DNA of 64,000 bases from an uncultured Ignavibacteria bacterium (lineage in GTDB: Bacteria > Zixibacteria > MSB-5A5 > SM1-73), in assembly GCA_964403165.1 (NCBI GenBank), contig CAYOFL010000002.1, positions 5,139 to 69,138 of the forward strand. Reading direction: 5' to 3'. Both the position numbers and the translations under genes were made by a program. Below are positions 46,899 through 56,475 of this stretch, piece after piece (within the stretch, counting starts at the first letter, position 1; each line of letters begins with the position of its first letter). The notes under the pieces were generated by a model. That model saw nothing but the letters and a program-made list of their open reading frames with translations, made no database searches and was not told the DNA's origin.

Positions 46899-47493
46899 GC
46901 TTAATCTTCCTGTTAAGTTTCTGTAGCTGACTTCTTAGTTCCTTTGCTGTCCAATTATTTATGCAACAATCCCTAACGATTCGGTAGATAGCTTGCTTGT
47001 CTTTGACAATAGCCTTATACTCCAGAATATCGAACCATCTGGACCAAGTCATCCCACTGTAAAATACTATTTTCTCGGGGATTTTTGCAAGCATATACAT
47101 ATGCTCAGGATACCTCGACACTTTTTCGAGGGAAGGAGTCCTTCCTTTATCTACCATGAGATCGTGAAAAAGTCGACGGAATGCTTCATTTCTTGAGGAT
47201 TCATCCCTCAAATTCAGGTCATCTACGAACTGCAATATTTTGCCAAGATTATACCATCGCCTCAGTACGTTCTTGGCTCGCGACGTTTTCTTTATATAGT
47301 CTTTTATTTCGACTGCCCGTCTCTTTATAACTTCATCATCCTCGTCTAGGTCTAATGCCTCCTCGAGAAGATTTTCCAACGATCCACTCCCTAGGGTAAT
47401 TTCAAGTGCATCATCAAAGGTGTACTCTTTCCCATCACCATCTATGTATTTTCTCTTTCTTTTTTTTACTTTCTTCCTTCCCATTTCGCTCAT
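46882..47493 (-). CDS. hypothetical protein (about 203 aa), translationally coupled between the GHKL ATPase and Dcm
   Basis: The ATG at 47493 forms an ATGA overlap with the upstream stop, and the 3' end overlaps the dcm start by 17 nt. Basic N-terminus, acidic patch, helical C-terminus. I recognise no family. Confidence 0.6.
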   Translation of the reverse strand: MSEMGRKKVKKRKRKYIDGDGKEYTFDDALEITLGSGSLENLLEEALDLDEDDEVIKRRAVEIKDYIKKTSRAKNVLRRWYNLGKILQFVDDLNLRDESSRNEAFRRLFHDLMVDKGRTPSLEKVSRYPEHMYMLAKIPEKIVFYSGMTWSRWFDILEYKAIVKDKQAIYRIVRDCCINNWTAKELRSQLQKLNRKIKHEIAG

Positions 47494-49379
47494 CTTCCTC
47501 TCAAATAGGCTGCCCACATTTCATCAAAAAGGTCTTTTGATTTTTTAATCTCTGCTATATCATAAGATATTTCATCGTCTTGCCACCAACTTAGACTTAT
47601 CTCTCTTACTGCCTCGTGAAGGGCTATGTTTATGACTATTGGATAGGTTTCGCGAGCCTTTTGTTTTCTTGTAAGAGAACTCGATTTCCACAACATTTCG
47701 ATTTCTGGGTACGCCGTGTTTACCAGAAGTTCCCCTTTATCGTTAATTGGTAGATTCCTTAGATTCGCTTTAGGACCCCCGAGGGACTGTAATATTAGTT
47801 TTCTTAGCCAACCACCCATCGGGGGAGGGTCTTGTTGGAAATAGAAAACAGCTGTTCTCTCATGTCGTGCCTCTGGAGACCTGCATTCCAAGCGTGCTCT
47901 CAGGAGATACCTACCCCTTGTGAGGGACAACCCGGACAGGTCAATATCAGGAAATTGCAAGACTTTATGCGTTTCGGATTCTATCTTAAATCTTCCTATG
48001 TAATTCGACCAGATTTCTGCTCCACTAGAACTTTCAATCCAGCACTTTAACTTGATTAACGCATTCTTGGGGGTAGTGTTTCTTACTCCCCCCTTTACTT
48101 CCATCAGGTCTCCCGGATCGAATCTCTTACTGGTACCGTGATACCCCCATGGCGATATATGAACAGGCGGAAGGGGTTTGCTTGGACCCACCGGGCCATT
48201 ACCTTCTCGTTTTCTTGACCCTTTCCCCAGACCTTCTAGGTGTTCATCTACTAGTTTATTAACAGTTCGTATAACCTCGTCAAGATCCATCGGTGGGGGG
48301 TTAACTTCTTTTCTCCGTGTATATTTGGCTAAGAACTCCTCGGTCATAGCATCAATTTTCTGCCTTAGTTTAACCCATATGACTTTTCTGCTTTCAAATC
48401 CCTCGTGATTCGCTAGCTCTATTTTCCACATCTCTTCATCTAGCTCTTCATCCATCATACAGTATCCATATGCTCTCTGCCTTATTTCGTCTGGGATGGA
48501 ATAAGGCAGGCTGTGCCTGCACACAGTCATTTTTCCCCTTTGAATGGCAATTCCCCTCAGAGAAGCTGATACCGAATTCTTGGCGAGTACGACTTTCAGT
48601 TTCCGCAGTTTGCCGTGTCCTTTCTCAATTACTAACCTTTCTTTAGTGGTGTGATCCATGGTATCATGAAACTGTGGCAAACCTATTTTCGTCAAATCAC
48701 TCTTAGCATCTTTCGTGATTCTCACCTCAATATCAATTCCGTAGTTTCTTATCAATTCCCACCAAGACTCAGAAAGCTGCTTGGAAAAATATCCGCCAAC
48801 TATTTCATCCGCAAGATCTGGTTTAATATCCAGAATCCATATTCTTGTGCCAATATGATTTAATTTAGATATCGAAGGGAAAAAGTCGTCGATTAACTTC
48901 AATGAACCGTTCGCTTTTTTGACCCAATCAGGATCATCTGCACTCGGAGCATCGTTTTCCTGCCAGTAACCCACATTAGTTCTTATTGAATATCTGTATT
49001 TCTCCCCATCGTAATCAATCGATTCTGTCAGAATCCTATTGCTTGAAGAAAGAAACAGGTATAGGGTCTTTCCTTGCCCCCATCTGCCGATACCTCCGCG
49101 ATAGTCCCCTTTCGTTGACACCCAGTGCGAATGAAACGCCTTCCATCTCTTGCTGTTCATTCCCACAGTGCCAAAATCTTCAAACATTAGCACATTTGCA
49201 TTGCCATCGAGCTCTTTGAAAAACTCATACACCATCTTGAATCCGGTGCCTTGCTTTCTATTAATTCTGGCCTCCCAAGAGTTTTGCATTGAATCCTTTG
49301 CAAATCCTCGGATTTTGTCATCATATTGCCTAGATATTATCTCATCAAGATTGCTGAGGTCTGCTTTTATCTCTCTCAT
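47490..49379 (-). CDS. GHKL (Bergerat-fold, MORC/paraMORC-like) ATPase with an uncharacterised ~430-aa C-terminal region
   Basis: N-box DSMQNSWEA, G1 EDFGTVGM, G2 GGIGRWGQGKT, and a GT-strand IGTRIWILD, all in the first ~190 aa. Confidence 0.7.
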   Translation of the reverse strand: MREIKADLSNLDEIISRQYDDKIRGFAKDSMQNSWEARINRKQGTGFKMVYEFFKELDGNANVLMFEDFGTVGMNSKRWKAFHSHWVSTKGDYRGGIGRWGQGKTLYLFLSSSNRILTESIDYDGEKYRYSIRTNVGYWQENDAPSADDPDWVKKANGSLKLIDDFFPSISKLNHIGTRIWILDIKPDLADEIVGGYFSKQLSESWWELIRNYGIDIEVRITKDAKSDLTKIGLPQFHDTMDHTTKERLVIEKGHGKLRKLKVVLAKNSVSASLRGIAIQRGKMTVCRHSLPYSIPDEIRQRAYGYCMMDEELDEEMWKIELANHEGFESRKVIWVKLRQKIDAMTEEFLAKYTRRKEVNPPPMDLDEVIRTVNKLVDEHLEGLGKGSRKREGNGPVGPSKPLPPVHISPWGYHGTSKRFDPGDLMEVKGGVRNTTPKNALIKLKCWIESSSGAEIWSNYIGRFKIESETHKVLQFPDIDLSGLSLTRGRYLLRARLECRSPEARHERTAVFYFQQDPPPMGGWLRKLILQSLGGPKANLRNLPINDKGELLVNTAYPEIEMLWKSSSLTRKQKARETYPIVINIALHEAVREISLSWWQDDEISYDIAEIKKSKDLFDEMWAAYLRGR

Positions 49380-49572
49380 TTGTAACCTCCCTTCTTTTCT
49401 TACTCAAGTTTCCTTTCACGAGTCTTACTGCTGTTTTCTTCGTTTTACATCCAATCGCTCGCTTCAGTCATCCAGTTGATAAGTTCAATTGAATTCTCTT
49501 CATCCTTACTATAAGATTCCGCCTAATCCAACAACAAATCCGTTACCAACAAGCGCTAAGTCATCTGCTTCC

Positions 49573-50520
49573 TTATCTGCTGGTGCTACCTTCTTGCCCG
49601 ATGAAAATCTTACAGTCACAAGGAGCTTTACCACATTTAGGGCACAGCAGTCTTCTCCCGCGAGTCTTATACACCCTTTGAAGGAGGAAACTAGGTTTGG
49701 GTGCCCTAATCAACGGTGACTCGGTTTCCTTAAATATCTGTGCGATTTTAAGAAACAATGCATTCCACCAAGAAAAAGCATCTGCAATCTCGACAGCTAG
49801 CGATAACTTAAGATCGACGGCTGTGCGCAATCCTCCGGTGGTTCCCTTGTGCATGTATTTTTTTACAGCACTCTCCACAGAGTTGATTTTTTTCACTTCG
49901 GAAGGGAACTTTGCTGCTTCTTCGTTGAGCCTTCTTATCGCATTGGCTACCTCACCGACCTCCTCCATAAAGTGGAAAGCAACATGTTCAAGACTGAGGC
50001 CACTGATTATATCGCCGTAAGCTTTCTCAAACATCCTTGTCCAGTCGTCAAGTTTCTTCGCCCTATACCCTGCATTGTCTGTGCGGAACTGCTTTCTTTT
50101 GTCAAAAAGCGTTCCATATTGAGCCTTCTTGTCGCTAATACTCTCAATTGCCTCCCTAACCAAACCACAGGTGCATTTGGGGCTGCCGCAAATACCGCAA
50201 ACTCCAGGATACTTGAAGGCGACAATGTCAGCGAAAGTGTCTGTGAACTTGAAGGAAGCTGACACAATTGGATCATTGTGTAGCTTTGCAGCGAAGCTAA
50301 CAATCCAAGTGAACGCATCGACCATGTGGACTAGCAGGTCATTCATAGCATAACGTCTTACATCTTCTGCAATTTTACTTGCGTACTCTATTGTGCATAA
50401 CCACATTAAGGGAACAGAACGTTTACAGTCGTGGTGTCCGTACAGTTTCCACATTTCGTCAGCCCACTTGTCAGGGGTCCATTTTCTCAAATCAGTTACG
50501 GCTTGTTTTTTCTTGGCCAT
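49573..50520 (-). CDS. tandem MazG-like (all-alpha NTP pyrophosphohydrolase fold) protein with two Cys4-type knuckles
   Basis: Second half: HFMEEVGEVANAIRR ... LAVEIADAFSWW (EExGE / ExxD motifs). First half is degenerate: IEYASKIAEDVRR ... MVDAFTWI. Cys motifs CGICGSPKCTC and CPKCGKAPCDC. ATG at 50520 follows GGAGG. Confidence 0.55.
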   Translation of the reverse strand: MAKKKQAVTDLRKWTPDKWADEMWKLYGHHDCKRSVPLMWLCTIEYASKIAEDVRRYAMNDLLVHMVDAFTWIVSFAAKLHNDPIVSASFKFTDTFADIVAFKYPGVCGICGSPKCTCGLVREAIESISDKKAQYGTLFDKRKQFRTDNAGYRAKKLDDWTRMFEKAYGDIISGLSLEHVAFHFMEEVGEVANAIRRLNEEAAKFPSEVKKINSVESAVKKYMHKGTTGGLRTAVDLKLSLAVEIADAFSWWNALFLKIAQIFKETESPLIRAPKPSFLLQRVYKTRGRRLLCPKCGKAPCDCKIFIGQEGSTSR

Positions 50521-50534
50521 ACGAAACCTCCTAG

Positions 50535-50969
50535 CTAGGGCTTGTCTGACACTATTCCAAAAGCCTGTATTTTCCACTTCCCTCTCTTTTTGTATAGAAA
50601 GAGCTTAAGCGGTTTTTCAACCTGCAAAGATTCTTTTTCACCTGTTGAGTATGCCAAACTCAGCTTCAATCTAACCTCCGCACTATCCCTGACGATCACA
50701 AACATCTTACTTGTTATCCGGGCACCTTCAAGCTTCTTCCCCAAGGACAGGCTATCCAAAAGCCGGGAAGATATATTTTGCTTTTTGTCCAGTGTGATTG
50801 AGTCCAAAATTGTTTCACTTCTTTGGTTTACTCCTCTTTCAAATTTTGCCAAAAGTTGCTTTAAAAGTGCCACTTCATCATCCGGCTTTTTGCCCACACA
50901 TCCACAAATCAATAAAGCTACAAGAGACGTCCAGGCAACTTTAAAGAGATATCTTGGTCTATTCATCAT
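50535..50969 (-). CDS. putative lipoprotein
   Basis: MMNRPRYLFKVAWTSLVALLICGC looks like a signal peptide with a lipobox-like ICGC. No family recognised and no clear SD. Confidence 0.5.
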   Translation of the reverse strand: MMNRPRYLFKVAWTSLVALLICGCVGKKPDDEVALLKQLLAKFERGVNQRSETILDSITLDKKQNISSRLLDSLSLGKKLEGARITSKMFVIVRDSAEVRLKLSLAYSTGEKESLQVEKPLKLFLYKKRGKWKIQAFGIVSDKP

Positions 50970-51363
50970 AAGGGGTGTTATGATATTGAACCAAAAACCG
51001 ATACAATTATAAAAAGAATTTCTGCAAAACACAACTTTTATTTTTGAAAACCTAAAGGAGACCTTGCGTAAAAAAAGATGAGGGCTTACTCTGGGTGGAT
51101 AGGGGGGCTTTCAATCTATCCTGGGGGATCCAGAGCTTGCCCTCATGTAACTTTTCTTTTGTCTTTTGATACCAGACAAAATATATAATTTCTTCAAAGA
51201 GACGTCAAGAGAAAAGTTAATTTTCAAAACAGTTTTTCTCCATTTGGGGTTACTTTTTCAAAGTAGACTGTCAACTGCTGTCATAATTCAGAGCACCACG
51301 GACTGAGATAAATCAAAACCTAAGTATATTAGATATAAGAAAAATCTTAGCAAATCTGCCGGA

Positions 51364-53244
51364 ATGAATTGGAAAAGATTAATAAACCTTATCCTGGTTT
51401 TCTCCTTTTTCCCTTTCGCAGCAGAAGCTCAACGCTTTTTGGCTCCTGACTCCAATATCATCAAACTCTCCAGCACCCTGTGGTCCGACCTGAGAGACAT
51501 CAAGTTTCGACAGTCCAAAGCTTTTTGTCTGTTCTTCGACGGATTGACTATCGAAAATCTATCCGACATCAATTCACCTTCCCGGATTGGTCAGGTGGAG
51601 CTTCCCTCAAATGGTCAGAAAGTGGATGTTTGGGGTAACTATGCTTATGTTATCGCCACAGATAGCCTAATGCATTTGATAGACCTTTCATCAGTTAACC
51701 AGCCTCTCCTAAAAAACAGCTTTAAAATTCCCCATCTCCCTATGGATATAAAAGTGCGGGACAATTGTGCGTATGTGTCTGCAAAAGATGCCGACCTTTT
51801 GGTTCTGGACGTGTCGAATCCGTTCAATATCTCTTTGATCGGTTCATGTAGCGTAGCTGATTTTCAGGCTCTTTCTCTTTATTTACATGGTAATCTGGCT
51901 TATCTTGCAGGAATGGGAGGTTTGAGGCTCATCAACATTGTGTTTCCTTACTCTCCTTTCTTGTTCGGGTCAAGTGATGCTGTGCCGGGAGCAAATAAAG
52001 TTTTTATCAACCAGGAGAATGAAAGAATCTATGCTTATTTGGGCAATCCAGCACAGCTTGGTATTCTGGATGTTACCAATCCCAGGGATATTTTTCCGCT
52101 TTCCAGTTACTGGTCAACATCTACCATAGCTGGTATTTCCGTCTCAGGAGATTATGCCTATCTGGGCTTAAACTTTCGCGGGCTTCTGGTTCTGGACATT
52201 AAGGACAGGGCTTCTCCAAACGAAGTCTCTGCCCTTTGGTTGGGAGACAACACCAGAGGAATCTTTTTCTATTCTGATTTTGTCTTTGTTACTGACAACT
52301 TCAGCCCAACAGCGATTATCAATGTCTTTAATCCTGATCGCCCCTTTGTATCTGGCAGATGGATTCTTCCCGGCACATGTAAGGATGTAGTTGTGAAAGA
52401 TGATTTCGCTTACGTGATGTGTGACCATTCCGGACTTCACATATTAAATGTGGGGGACCCAAACCATCCTCAGGAGATAAGCACTCTTCATGCCCCTTAT
52501 AACAACAATGATGTTGATATTGAAGGAGATTATGTTTACATTACCGCACTTTTACCTGGAATGCAGGTGGTGGATATAACAGATCCCTCTAATCCAGAGG
52601 TGGTAGAAAGATACCAGCCAGAGGGATATACTTATGGGGTAAAAGTAAAACAAGGATATGCTTATCTTCATAATTCCCAAAATGATATTCAGATCCTAGA
52701 CGTCCAGAATCCTACAAGCCTCATCCTTAGAGGATCTATTCAGACTCCGGGAACCCCACAGGAAATTTTCATACGAGGCGAGTATCTTTACGTTGCAGAC
52801 CTATCTGCAGGATTGACCATTATAAATGTGGCTGATAAAGATCATCCTTTCCTGGTCAGATCCATCCCTACGGTGGGAAGATGCAAGAACGTATTTTCAT
52901 CAGGCAATCTTTTGTTTTTATCCTGTGAGGATGTAGGAATGGAGATATATGAGATCACTGATCCAGAAACACCGGAGTTCCAAAGCTTTTATTCTACGTC
53001 TGACGAAATTAAAGATTTGTATGTGGAAAATCATTACGCCTATTTGACCATGGAAAATCACAAAATAGAGGTGATTGACATCGCCTCTCCTTATACTCCT
53101 GTTCTTGTTGCCAGCTATGACCTTCTGGACAATCCGGGCAATTTAATGGTAAAGAATGAACACATTTATCTTTGTGACCGTCGCTCCTTTAAAATTTTGA
53201 GATTTCTCCCGCATCCCAGGTTGGTTCAGCCACATCCAAAATAG
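51364..53244 (+). CDS. secreted LVIVD-repeat beta-propeller protein
   Basis: Signal peptide, then more than 10 repeats of the pattern Y(A/V)Y.....GL.ILDV.NP..P (e.g. LLVLDVSNP, GMQVVDITDPSNP, GLTIINVADKDHP). Confidence 0.85.
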   Translation: MNWKRLINLILVFSFFPFAAEAQRFLAPDSNIIKLSSTLWSDLRDIKFRQSKAFCLFFDGLTIENLSDINSPSRIGQVELPSNGQKVDVWGNYAYVIATDSLMHLIDLSSVNQPLLKNSFKIPHLPMDIKVRDNCAYVSAKDADLLVLDVSNPFNISLIGSCSVADFQALSLYLHGNLAYLAGMGGLRLINIVFPYSPFLFGSSDAVPGANKVFINQENERIYAYLGNPAQLGILDVTNPRDIFPLSSYWSTSTIAGISVSGDYAYLGLNFRGLLVLDIKDRASPNEVSALWLGDNTRGIFFYSDFVFVTDNFSPTAIINVFNPDRPFVSGRWILPGTCKDVVVKDDFAYVMCDHSGLHILNVGDPNHPQEISTLHAPYNNNDVDIEGDYVYITALLPGMQVVDITDPSNPEVVERYQPEGYTYGVKVKQGYAYLHNSQNDIQILDVQNPTSLILRGSIQTPGTPQEIFIRGEYLYVADLSAGLTIINVADKDHPFLVRSIPTVGRCKNVFSSGNLLFLSCEDVGMEIYEITDPETPEFQSFYSTSDEIKDLYVENHYAYLTMENHKIEVIDIASPYTPVLVASYDLLDNPGNLMVKNEHIYLCDRRSFKILRFLPHPRLVQPHPK

Positions 53245-53455
53245 TAATTCTCTGTTCGGCACGGATGCCTCGTTCCTTACCAATGAGAGATAATAATAGA
53301 GCGTTGGTTCGGGGTGCCCTTCAGGGTGAATCCCTTCAGGATGAACCCCCACCCCGAACCGCAAATTCGTATGAATGCATACGCATGTTGCGGGGTAAGG
53401 GCTTGTCCTGAGGGTGCAGTCCGAAGGGTACCCCGCAACAACACACAAATAAATA

Positions 53456-53510
53456 AAACTGCCCCGTCAAAGGAGTGCCCGTACGGGCACCCCAAAGGCG
53501 GGGCAGTTTT
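53456..53510. terminator. Bidirectional terminator-like long hairpin between convergent genes
   Basis: aaaactgccccg ... cggggcagtttt, with an inner hairpin gtgcccgtacgggcac. Confidence 0.6.
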
Positions 53511-53524
53511 AAATCGACTATCCC

Positions 53525-56236
53525 TTAGAGGCTACATGGAGGCGGTCCACCTTTGTAGAGGTAATTTATCAGATAAACAACGTCTCCGATGTTCACCTCT
53601 CCATTACAATCAAGATCGCCAGTCATCAGAGGATAAGGTGCAGAACCGTCTCTGTAAAGATAATTGACGAGAAAGATCACATCTCCGACATCTATTGAGC
53701 CATCACCAGTAACGTCACCAACTTGGACTGGCGGAAGCTCTATATCGATCCCGCTCACCTTCCCGGATCCTATCTCCACAGGATCAGGATACGATCCATC
53801 GTTATACGATACCATGGAGGCATAAACAGTGTAACTGCCGGGGAGAAGCCCATTTATTACATAGCCTCCTTCAGAGGAGCTTCTGGCGAACCCTCTCACT
53901 TCTCCATCTAATTGTGCATAAACCAAGGCTCCCTCGAGAGGTGAACCATTGGAGCTGATCACACCACAGATCCTTCCTCCTCCTGAGTCAAATGGCACAA
54001 GATAAAAATCTACATTGTAAGCGTCGGGCGTTACTAAAGTAGCTTCTTCCCAGGTATAGACACCGTCATAGAACTCGCCGATGTATCCGGGGGCGATTGC
54101 AAATACATAGTAATCGTCAGTTTGTAACCCTTGAATTATGTATGCTCCCACAGAATCGGTAAAGTCAAATCCCCAATTTCCATTCAAAGAAATGGCGAAA
54201 ACGATAGCATAGGGTATGGGTAAAAGCGTGCTGTCCTCCAAAACTCTTCCCGCAATTATTCCTTCACCGGGACCTCCATAAGGAACTAAAGCGAAGTCAA
54301 TACCAGGAGTATCTTGACCTTCGATCACGGTTACAACAGTGGGATAATCCTGCGGATAATAATCCCATGCCCAGGCAGTGACAAAATAGTCCCCGGCATA
54401 AAGACCAAAGATTGTATACTGGCCCAAAGAATCTGTTTCAGCCTGACCTCGACCAAACTCCCCATACGTCCAAACACAAGCGCCCGCAATCGGTTGACCA
54501 GTACTCGAGTCGGTAACAGTTCCGGAAATCGAGCCAGCTTCACCTATAGGTGTAAGAGCGAAGTTGATATTGGGTGTATCTTCACCAGCAATCACAGGCA
54601 CCGAATCCGGATAGGTTTCTGGAATATAACCTTGCGCATTCGCATTAACTTGATAAGTACCAGCGCACAGGTTTGGGATCATATAATAACCGCCGGTATC
54701 ACTCCAAGCCTCTCCGTAACACCAGTTATCCAAACCAATGGCTATCAGATGAGCCATGATAATGGGGAGATCAGTCTCTTCATCAGTCACCCGGCCTGAA
54801 ATTGAGCCATATCCACCAAAAGGTGTTAAGGCAAAATCAATATTGGGCGTATTCTGTCCTGCAATCACAATCACCGAATCCGGATAGGTTTCTGGAATGT
54901 AGCCATCTTTTCGGGCATTCACCTCATATGCATCCGGGGGAAGGTTATCACATAAGTAATAACCAGCAGTATCGGTATACCAGATGCAATATATCCCAGT
55001 TATAGTGATCTCTGCCATTACAATGGGGAGACCGGTATCTTCATCAATCACTCTGCCTGAGATCGAGCCAAACTCCGGACCACCAACAGGAGTGAGAGCG
55101 AAGTTGATGTTGGGAGTGCTCTGCCCCTCAACCACAATCACTGAGTCCGGGTAGGTCTCTGGGATGTATCCCTGTGCATGCGCGTTCACCTCGTAGATGC
55201 CAGGACACAGATGTGGGATTATGTAATAGCCGTCGGTATCACTCCAGGCCTCTGCATAACACCAGTTATCCAAGCCTATGGCTATCAGGTGAGCCATGCT
55301 AATGGGAAGACCAGTCTCCTCATCAGTCACCCTGCCTGAAATTGAACCGTACTCAGCTATAGGTGTTAGGGCGAAGTTAATATTTGGTGTATTCTGTCCT
55401 GCAATCACAATCACCGAGTCCGGATAGACCTCCGGAGCATAACCCTCCTTACTGGCAACCACCTGGTAGATCCCAGGGCACAGGTTTTGGATGCCATACC
55501 AACCGCCGGTATCACTGAAAGCCTCTCCGTAACACCAGTTATCCAAGCCGATGGCTCTCAGGCGAGCCATGATAATGGGGAGACCTGTCTCCTCATCAAT
55601 AACCTGGCCTGTAATCAAACCGTACTCGGCTACGGGCGTTAAGGCAAAGTCAATATTGGGCGTATTCTGTCCCGCAACCACGATCACCGAATCCGGATAG
55701 GTCTCTTGATAGTATCCGGTTGCATAGGCATTGACCTCATAAGCATCAGGAGGGATGTTATCACACATGTAGTTGCCAGTTGAGTCCGTGTACCACACAC
55801 AATATATCCCGCTTAGAGTAATTGCCGCCCCTTCGATGGGGTAACCGGTTACCCCATCCGTAACTCTCCCGGAAATCGATCCGAATTCTCCACCCACTGG
55901 GGTTAGGGCAAAATTGATGTTAGGTGTATTCTGCCCTTCCATAACAGTCACCAATCTAGGATAGACCTCATCTTCATAACCGTCCTTATGAACTCCTACT
56001 ATATACTGCCCAGCTACGAGATTATGTATGAGATAATATCCGTCAGTGTCTGCCCATGCCTCCCCTCCGCCATGAGTGCTGCTATCATAAGCCCAGACAT
56101 GAGCCGAGGGAATTGGGAAACCTGTCACCTCATCTGTGACTATCCCTGAAATCGACCCGAACTGAGCAAACGCCAACCCCGGAAAGATGACCAAGAGAGT
56201 CAAACTCAGAAGCACAACCAAGAATCTCCCTTTCAT
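53525..56236 (-). CDS. surface protein with about 10 tandem carboxypeptidase-regulatory-like (CarboxypepD_reg) domains and a dockerin-like C-terminus
   Basis: Signal peptide, then repeated ~92-aa units (GSISGRVTDEETGLPI...GYIPETYPDSVIVIAGQNTPNI.FALTP), and a C-terminal double dockerin-like module. Confidence 0.88.
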   Translation of the reverse strand: MKGRFLVVLLSLTLLVIFPGLAFAQFGSISGIVTDEVTGFPIPSAHVWAYDSSTHGGGEAWADTDGYYLIHNLVAGQYIVGVHKDGYEDEVYPRLVTVMEGQNTPNINFALTPVGGEFGSISGRVTDGVTGYPIEGAAITLSGIYCVWYTDSTGNYMCDNIPPDAYEVNAYATGYYQETYPDSVIVVAGQNTPNIDFALTPVAEYGLITGQVIDEETGLPIIMARLRAIGLDNWCYGEAFSDTGGWYGIQNLCPGIYQVVASKEGYAPEVYPDSVIVIAGQNTPNINFALTPIAEYGSISGRVTDEETGLPISMAHLIAIGLDNWCYAEAWSDTDGYYIIPHLCPGIYEVNAHAQGYIPETYPDSVIVVEGQSTPNINFALTPVGGPEFGSISGRVIDEDTGLPIVMAEITITGIYCIWYTDTAGYYLCDNLPPDAYEVNARKDGYIPETYPDSVIVIAGQNTPNIDFALTPFGGYGSISGRVTDEETDLPIIMAHLIAIGLDNWCYGEAWSDTGGYYMIPNLCAGTYQVNANAQGYIPETYPDSVPVIAGEDTPNINFALTPIGEAGSISGTVTDSSTGQPIAGACVWTYGEFGRGQAETDSLGQYTIFGLYAGDYFVTAWAWDYYPQDYPTVVTVIEGQDTPGIDFALVPYGGPGEGIIAGRVLEDSTLLPIPYAIVFAISLNGNWGFDFTDSVGAYIIQGLQTDDYYVFAIAPGYIGEFYDGVYTWEEATLVTPDAYNVDFYLVPFDSGGGRICGVISSNGSPLEGALVYAQLDGEVRGFARSSSEGGYVINGLLPGSYTVYASMVSYNDGSYPDPVEIGSGKVSGIDIELPPVQVGDVTGDGSIDVGDVIFLVNYLYRDGSAPYPLMTGDLDCNGEVNIGDVVYLINYLYKGGPPPCSL

Positions 56237-56475
56237 CTTAAAGCACCTCCTTGTTTTGTTTTAAGGTTTGCGTATTTTAATACAGTCTATGTCCGGAAAT
56301 CTAATTTATCTAATAGCCATTACAGCTTTAATAGCTTGGTTTTTTATATAGCCCCTTCTATAATTGAATCTCTGATTGCAGATTTTGCCATCTCCGCAAT
56401 CCATTTTCAATATAAACATTATTGAACTTCTGTCAAGAAAAAAGAGAATGAAAAATAAAACATCATGTTGAGAGA

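Noticed and set aside
48800-48900. PD-(D/E)xK nuclease motif in the GHKL protein (IDD ... LDIK)
   Set aside because: The LDIK strand is preceded by GTRIWI. This is the expected GT-strand motif that closes the Bergerat ATPase fold, so it is better explained as part of the ATPase domain.
50535-51032. Long form of the lipoprotein ORF (GTG start at 51032), with a 43-nt overlap with the long form of the MazG-like ORF
   Set aside because: The internal starts give a proper signal peptide (50969) and an SD-preceded start (50520). The overlap disappears with those starts.
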